Shown here: in pieces, positions 60,914-64,000 of the stretch
Numbering within the stretch: the first letter of the stretch is position 1
Layout: each line of letters starts with the position of its first letter
Source of the DNA: Phycisphaerae bacterium
GTDB lineage: Bacteria > Planctomycetota > Phycisphaerae > UBA1845 > Fen-1342
Reading direction: 5' to 3'
Length of the DNA: 64,000 nt
NCBI GenBank assembly: GCA_963675745.2
Contig: CAXXWX010000027.1
Span: 1 to 64,000 of the forward strand
Position numbers and translations under genes: made by a program
Notes under the pieces: generated by a model
Seen by the model: the letters and a program-made list of their open reading frames with translations, nothing else
Told to the model about the DNA's origin: nothing
Databases searched by the model: none

Positions 60914-61123
60914 GCTACCACCTCCCGCCGCTTCCTTGCGACGATAAGACGAATCGTACGTGAAGATACCCGACCGCGCGGCGAAGGGCCAGCGGCGGCG
61001 GCGGCGGGAGGCTTGGTACCGCGCCGTCTCAGCCCCGGAGGGACCTACGACTCGGGGGCCACCTGGGGTGTGCAACGCCTTCGGTCGGCGAATAACGCTT
61101 GAGTTAACGCGTCGCGCCCGCAA

Positions 61124-61295
61124 GTCGGCTTCAGCCGACCAGAGCATGCCACCAACTTCAGTTGGTGGATCAAAGACCACTCCGCCCCCCCTACACCCCC
61201 AGCCGGCTGATGCCCGGCCCTGGAAGTCCGCGAGGACAGCGGCCCCGGCGCCACCAGTTGAAACTGGTGGCAAGGACCGGTCGGCTGAAGCCGAC
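61124..61295. repeat. REP/REPIN-like element: an inverted pair of two-hairpin units
   Basis: Left arm GTCGGCTTCAGCCGACC-N6-TGCCACCAACTTCAGTTGGTGG; right arm (reverse complement) GTCGGCTTCAGCCGACC-N6-TGCCACCAGTTTCAACTGGTGG. Confidence 0.85.
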
Positions 61296-61587
61296 CAACA
61301 CCGGCTTCCTTCCACACACATGGCACCGCCCGGATGTGGAACGCACTCCCAACCGCTCGGCGTGAGCGTGTCCCGTCGGAAGCATTGCGCCCCCGGCCAT
61401 GCATATCGAGGTCGCTGACACCAGGCGCCCGGCCGGTTAGGATGTGCCTTGTCAGATTCTGCGTTCACACACGAAGGCAAGGACGTGCCCATATACAACA
61501 CCGTTCTCCGGTCAAGACGCGGGCACGCACCGGCGGGCACACCGTCGGCGCTGTCGCAGAGTGCGCGACCCACCGCTGGGGACCGCC

Positions 61588-62613
61588 ATGCCTAAACGCC
61601 ACGCCGATCAGCCGCCGCTCGAGTGTACGCCGGCGTTCGCCACGTCACTGGCCGGTTTTCGCGTCTTTCAGTCGGTCGAGTGCGGATTGTCGGAGAACAC
61701 CATCCGCTCCTATCGACGTGATCTGATGAAGCTCGGCGATTTTCTGCGGCGGCGCGGCGTTGACGATTGGTCGCTCCTGAGCCACGAGTTGACCCAGGAT
61801 TTTCTGGTGGAGCTGGGCAAATCCGGCTATCGCGAGAGCACATTGGCACGCCACGTCGTGGCCCTGCGCATGTGGCTGCGCTGGTTGCACGAGACCCGGC
61901 AGGTATCAAAAGACTTCACGACACTCGTCGAGTTGCCGAAGCGCGGGCGGCCGCTCCCGCAACCGCTCAATCTCGATCGCACGGTGGATCTGGTGACCTC
62001 GCCGAACCTGGACGGCCCGCTGGGCCTGCGTGACCGCGCGATCCTGGAGCTGTTTTACGCCTGCGGGCTGCGTGTCAGCGAGTTGTGCGGGCTGACCGAG
62101 AATGACGTGAACTTCCGTGTGAACTGTGTGCGCTGCATGGGCAAGGGGCGCCGCGAGCGCGTCGTGCCGCTGGGCAGCAAGGCGCGCGACGCGCTAGAGG
62201 CCTACCTCGAGCACCTGCGTCCCAAGTTGCTGGCACAGGCGCTCAAGGCGGGCACGCTCACGAAGCCACTGACCGCACGCAACGCGAAGCAGATGCCGTT
62301 GTTCCTGTCGCAGCGCGGCGTTCAACTCGAGCGAACCGCCGTGTGGCGCGTGGTCAGGCGCGAGGCGGTAAAGCAGGGAATCCCCGGGAAAGTGAGCCCG
62401 CACACGCTGCGGCACAGTTTTGCCACACACCTGCTCGAAGGCGGCGCCGATCTGCGCGTGGTGCAGGAACTGCTGGGACACACCAGCATCGGAACGACCG
62501 AAATCTACACCCACGTCCAACTGCGCCACCTGCGTGAAGTACACGACCGCTGCCACCCACGCGGCGCCGACGCCTACGCCAACAGACATAAGCGCAACCG
62601 TGAACAAACCTGA
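61588..62613 (+). CDS. xerD: Tyrosine recombinase XerD/XerC
   Basis: GLSENTIRSYRRDL, RDRAILELFYACGLRVSEL, GKG.RERVVP, SPHTLRHSFATHLL, QELLGH, TTEIYTHV. Confidence 0.9.
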   Translation: MPKRHADQPPLECTPAFATSLAGFRVFQSVECGLSENTIRSYRRDLMKLGDFLRRRGVDDWSLLSHELTQDFLVELGKSGYRESTLARHVVALRMWLRWLHETRQVSKDFTTLVELPKRGRPLPQPLNLDRTVDLVTSPNLDGPLGLRDRAILELFYACGLRVSELCGLTENDVNFRVNCVRCMGKGRRERVVPLGSKARDALEAYLEHLRPKLLAQALKAGTLTKPLTARNAKQMPLFLSQRGVQLERTAVWRVVRREAVKQGIPGKVSPHTLRHSFATHLLEGGADLRVVQELLGHTSIGTTEIYTHVQLRHLREVHDRCHPRGADAYANRHKRNREQT

Positions 62614-62787
62614 TACTGTGGAGTTTGGTGCGCCGTGGTGTCTGGTGTTATGCGCTACCGTTTGGTGTGAAGTGTAGCGGTCGGCGCCTCGCCGGACATG
62701 ACCGTTGCCGAGTCACACCCACGTCTAACACGAACGTCGGCCGCACTTCGCCGTACACGTGTAACAACGTCGCGCGCCGCTCGCGCG

Positions 62788-64000
62788 TCAATTCACGAAG
62801 AACACCAGCGTCAGCAGCACGAACAACGGGATCAGGATCAGCGCCGAGTAGACCATATAGCCGAAGAAGCTCGGCATCTTCACGCCTGACTGCTCGGCGA
62901 TCGACTTGACCATGAAGTTCGGTCCGTTGCCGATGTAGCTGTTCGCCCCCATGAAGACGGCTCCACAGCTTATCGCATACAGCAGCGCCTCGGAGATGGT
63001 TCGCCCCGACTCGCCGAGCTGCACCAGCGCGCCGGTCTTCGGGAAATTGGGAGAGGCGGCGGTTTCAAAGAAGACGACATATGTCGGAGCGTTGTCGAGG
63101 AAGCTGCTCAGGATGCCGGTGGCCCAGAAGAAGTGCCACGGATTCGAGAGCCCCAGTTCGCTGCCCTTGGCATTCAGGATTTCGATGGGCACCTGCATGG
63201 TTATGAAGATGCCGATGAACAGGCAGGCAACCTCACCGATGGCCACGTAATTGAACTTGTTTTCCTTGCGCAACGCGCCGCCGGTCGTGACCAGCGAGCA
63301 TCCCACCATCAAAAGCTGTACGCCCTCACGCAGGTACATCGGCGGGCGCCATTCCGTCCACGGGAAGTTCTTGGACGGATCGAGCGTGGCCACCGCGAGA
63401 ACCACACCGAGAATCCAGATTACGTTTATCAAGCCGGCCACGCCGAGCGGCGTAATGTCACTGATGTCCCGGGCAATGTCAGCTTGCGTTTCCGTTCTGT
63501 AGGCCCGGGTGTCCCAGACGTAATACACGGCTAGGAGGATACCCAGCATGAACGCCCACTCCTTCCACAGATGCAGCGTCCAGAGGAATGAGACGCCGCG
63601 CAGATATCCGAGGAACAGGGGTGGATCTCCGATCGGCAGCAACGAGCCGCCGATGTTCGCCACGATGAATATGAAGAACACGACCGTGTGTACGACGTGC
63701 TTGCGCTCGCTGTTGGTCTTCAGGAGCAGGCGTATCAGCACCATGGCCGCCCCGGTGGTCCCGATCAGGCTCGCCAACAGGCCGCCGATCGCAATGATCG
63801 TCGTATTGGTCGCGGGTGTGGCGCGAATGTCGCCGCGCACGACGATTCCACCGGCAATCACGTAGAGGGAGAACAGCAGGACAATGAACGGCACATACTC
63901 CTTGAGCACCGCGTGATCGAAGATAGCGAGGACGGTGCTCAGACCGGGCTCAGTGCGGTGGCCCGCATCGTCAGCCGCCGCGGGCTCGGCCGCATGCTCG
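62788..64000 (-). CDS. Sodium:proton antiporter-like ion-transporter-superfamily protein; 5' end outside the window
   Basis: IGTTGAAM, NIGGSLLPIGDPPLFLG, SSFLDNAPTY, GANSYIGNGPNFMVK. Confidence 0.9.
   Translation of the reverse strand, partial: EHAAEPAAADDAGHRTEPGLSTVLAIFDHAVLKEYVPFIVLLFSLYVIAGGIVVRGDIRATPATNTTIIAIGGLLASLIGTTGAAMVLIRLLLKTNSERKHVVHTVVFFIFIVANIGGSLLPIGDPPLFLGYLRGVSFLWTLHLWKEWAFMLGILLAVYYVWDTRAYRTETQADIARDISDITPLGVAGLINVIWILGVVLAVATLDPSKNFPWTEWRPPMYLREGVQLLMVGCSLVTTGGALRKENKFNYVAIGEVACLFIGIFITMQVPIEILNAKGSELGLSNPWHFFWATGILSSFLDNAPTYVVFFETAASPNFPKTGALVQLGESGRTISEALLYAISCGAVFMGANSYIGNGPNFMVKSIAEQSGVKMPSFFGYMVYSALILIPLFVLLTLVFFVN

Noticed and set aside
60914..61573. N-terminal extension of the 615-aa transpeptidase ORF, and similar extensions of ndk, xerD and the ECF sigma factor
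   Set aside because: Better RBS-supported starts lie downstream, and the extensions run through REP-like or promoter DNA
61588..62613. The tyrosine recombinase as the integrase of the island
   Set aside because: Its motifs and context fit housekeeping XerD/XerC, and it lies 40 kb from the att-like site among core genes
1295..63865. Long antisense or alternate-frame ORFs (for example 1295..2512, 12486..13829, 16598..18334, 19708..20928, 32680..33960)
   Set aside because: Shadow ORFs of real genes, expected at high GC; no domain motifs

Overview
GC-rich bacterial DNA, most likely from a Planctomycete of class Phycisphaerae. This is inferred from the ECF-sigma/Ser-Thr kinase pair, GACC Cys repeats, a dockerin-like tail and PEP-CTERM. 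The window has four parts. (1) 1-14.4 kb: secreted and surface proteins (a signal-peptide RHS/YD protein, lipoproteins, a beta-helix protein) around an ECF sigma/Ser-Thr kinase pair. (2) 14.4-22.2 kb: a decayed cos-type prophage or satellite-like remnant (P27-family small terminase with no large terminase, cos-like region, HARE-HTH, Fic, ParB-methylase). It ends at a tRNA-Gly 3' fragment (att-like) that has a ~0.93 kb duplication on either side. (3) 22-47 kb: a glycoside hydrolase, a PEP-CTERM protein and a ~21 kb, 15-gene co-oriented signalling cluster ending near tRNA-Tyr. Its tightly coupled core runs: FadL-type channel, two membrane/PAS sensors with no output domain but a shared C-terminal helix, H-NOX, a kinase with a soluble-guanylate-cyclase-like HNOBA domain, hybrid kinases, HD-GYP, HDOD and a degenerate HD-GYP. 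This is the best candidate for an undescribed system. (4) 47-64 kb: housekeeping and envelope genes (ndk, Tat-exported SOD, two GT-C glycosyltransferases, IS1380 relic, GH65, MBOAT, L,D-transpeptidase, REP-like element, xerD, antiporter). Many single-base frameshifts outside 20-50 kb look like long-read consensus errors, so pseudogene calls are tentative. All family assignments come from motif recognition by eye; no searches were run.
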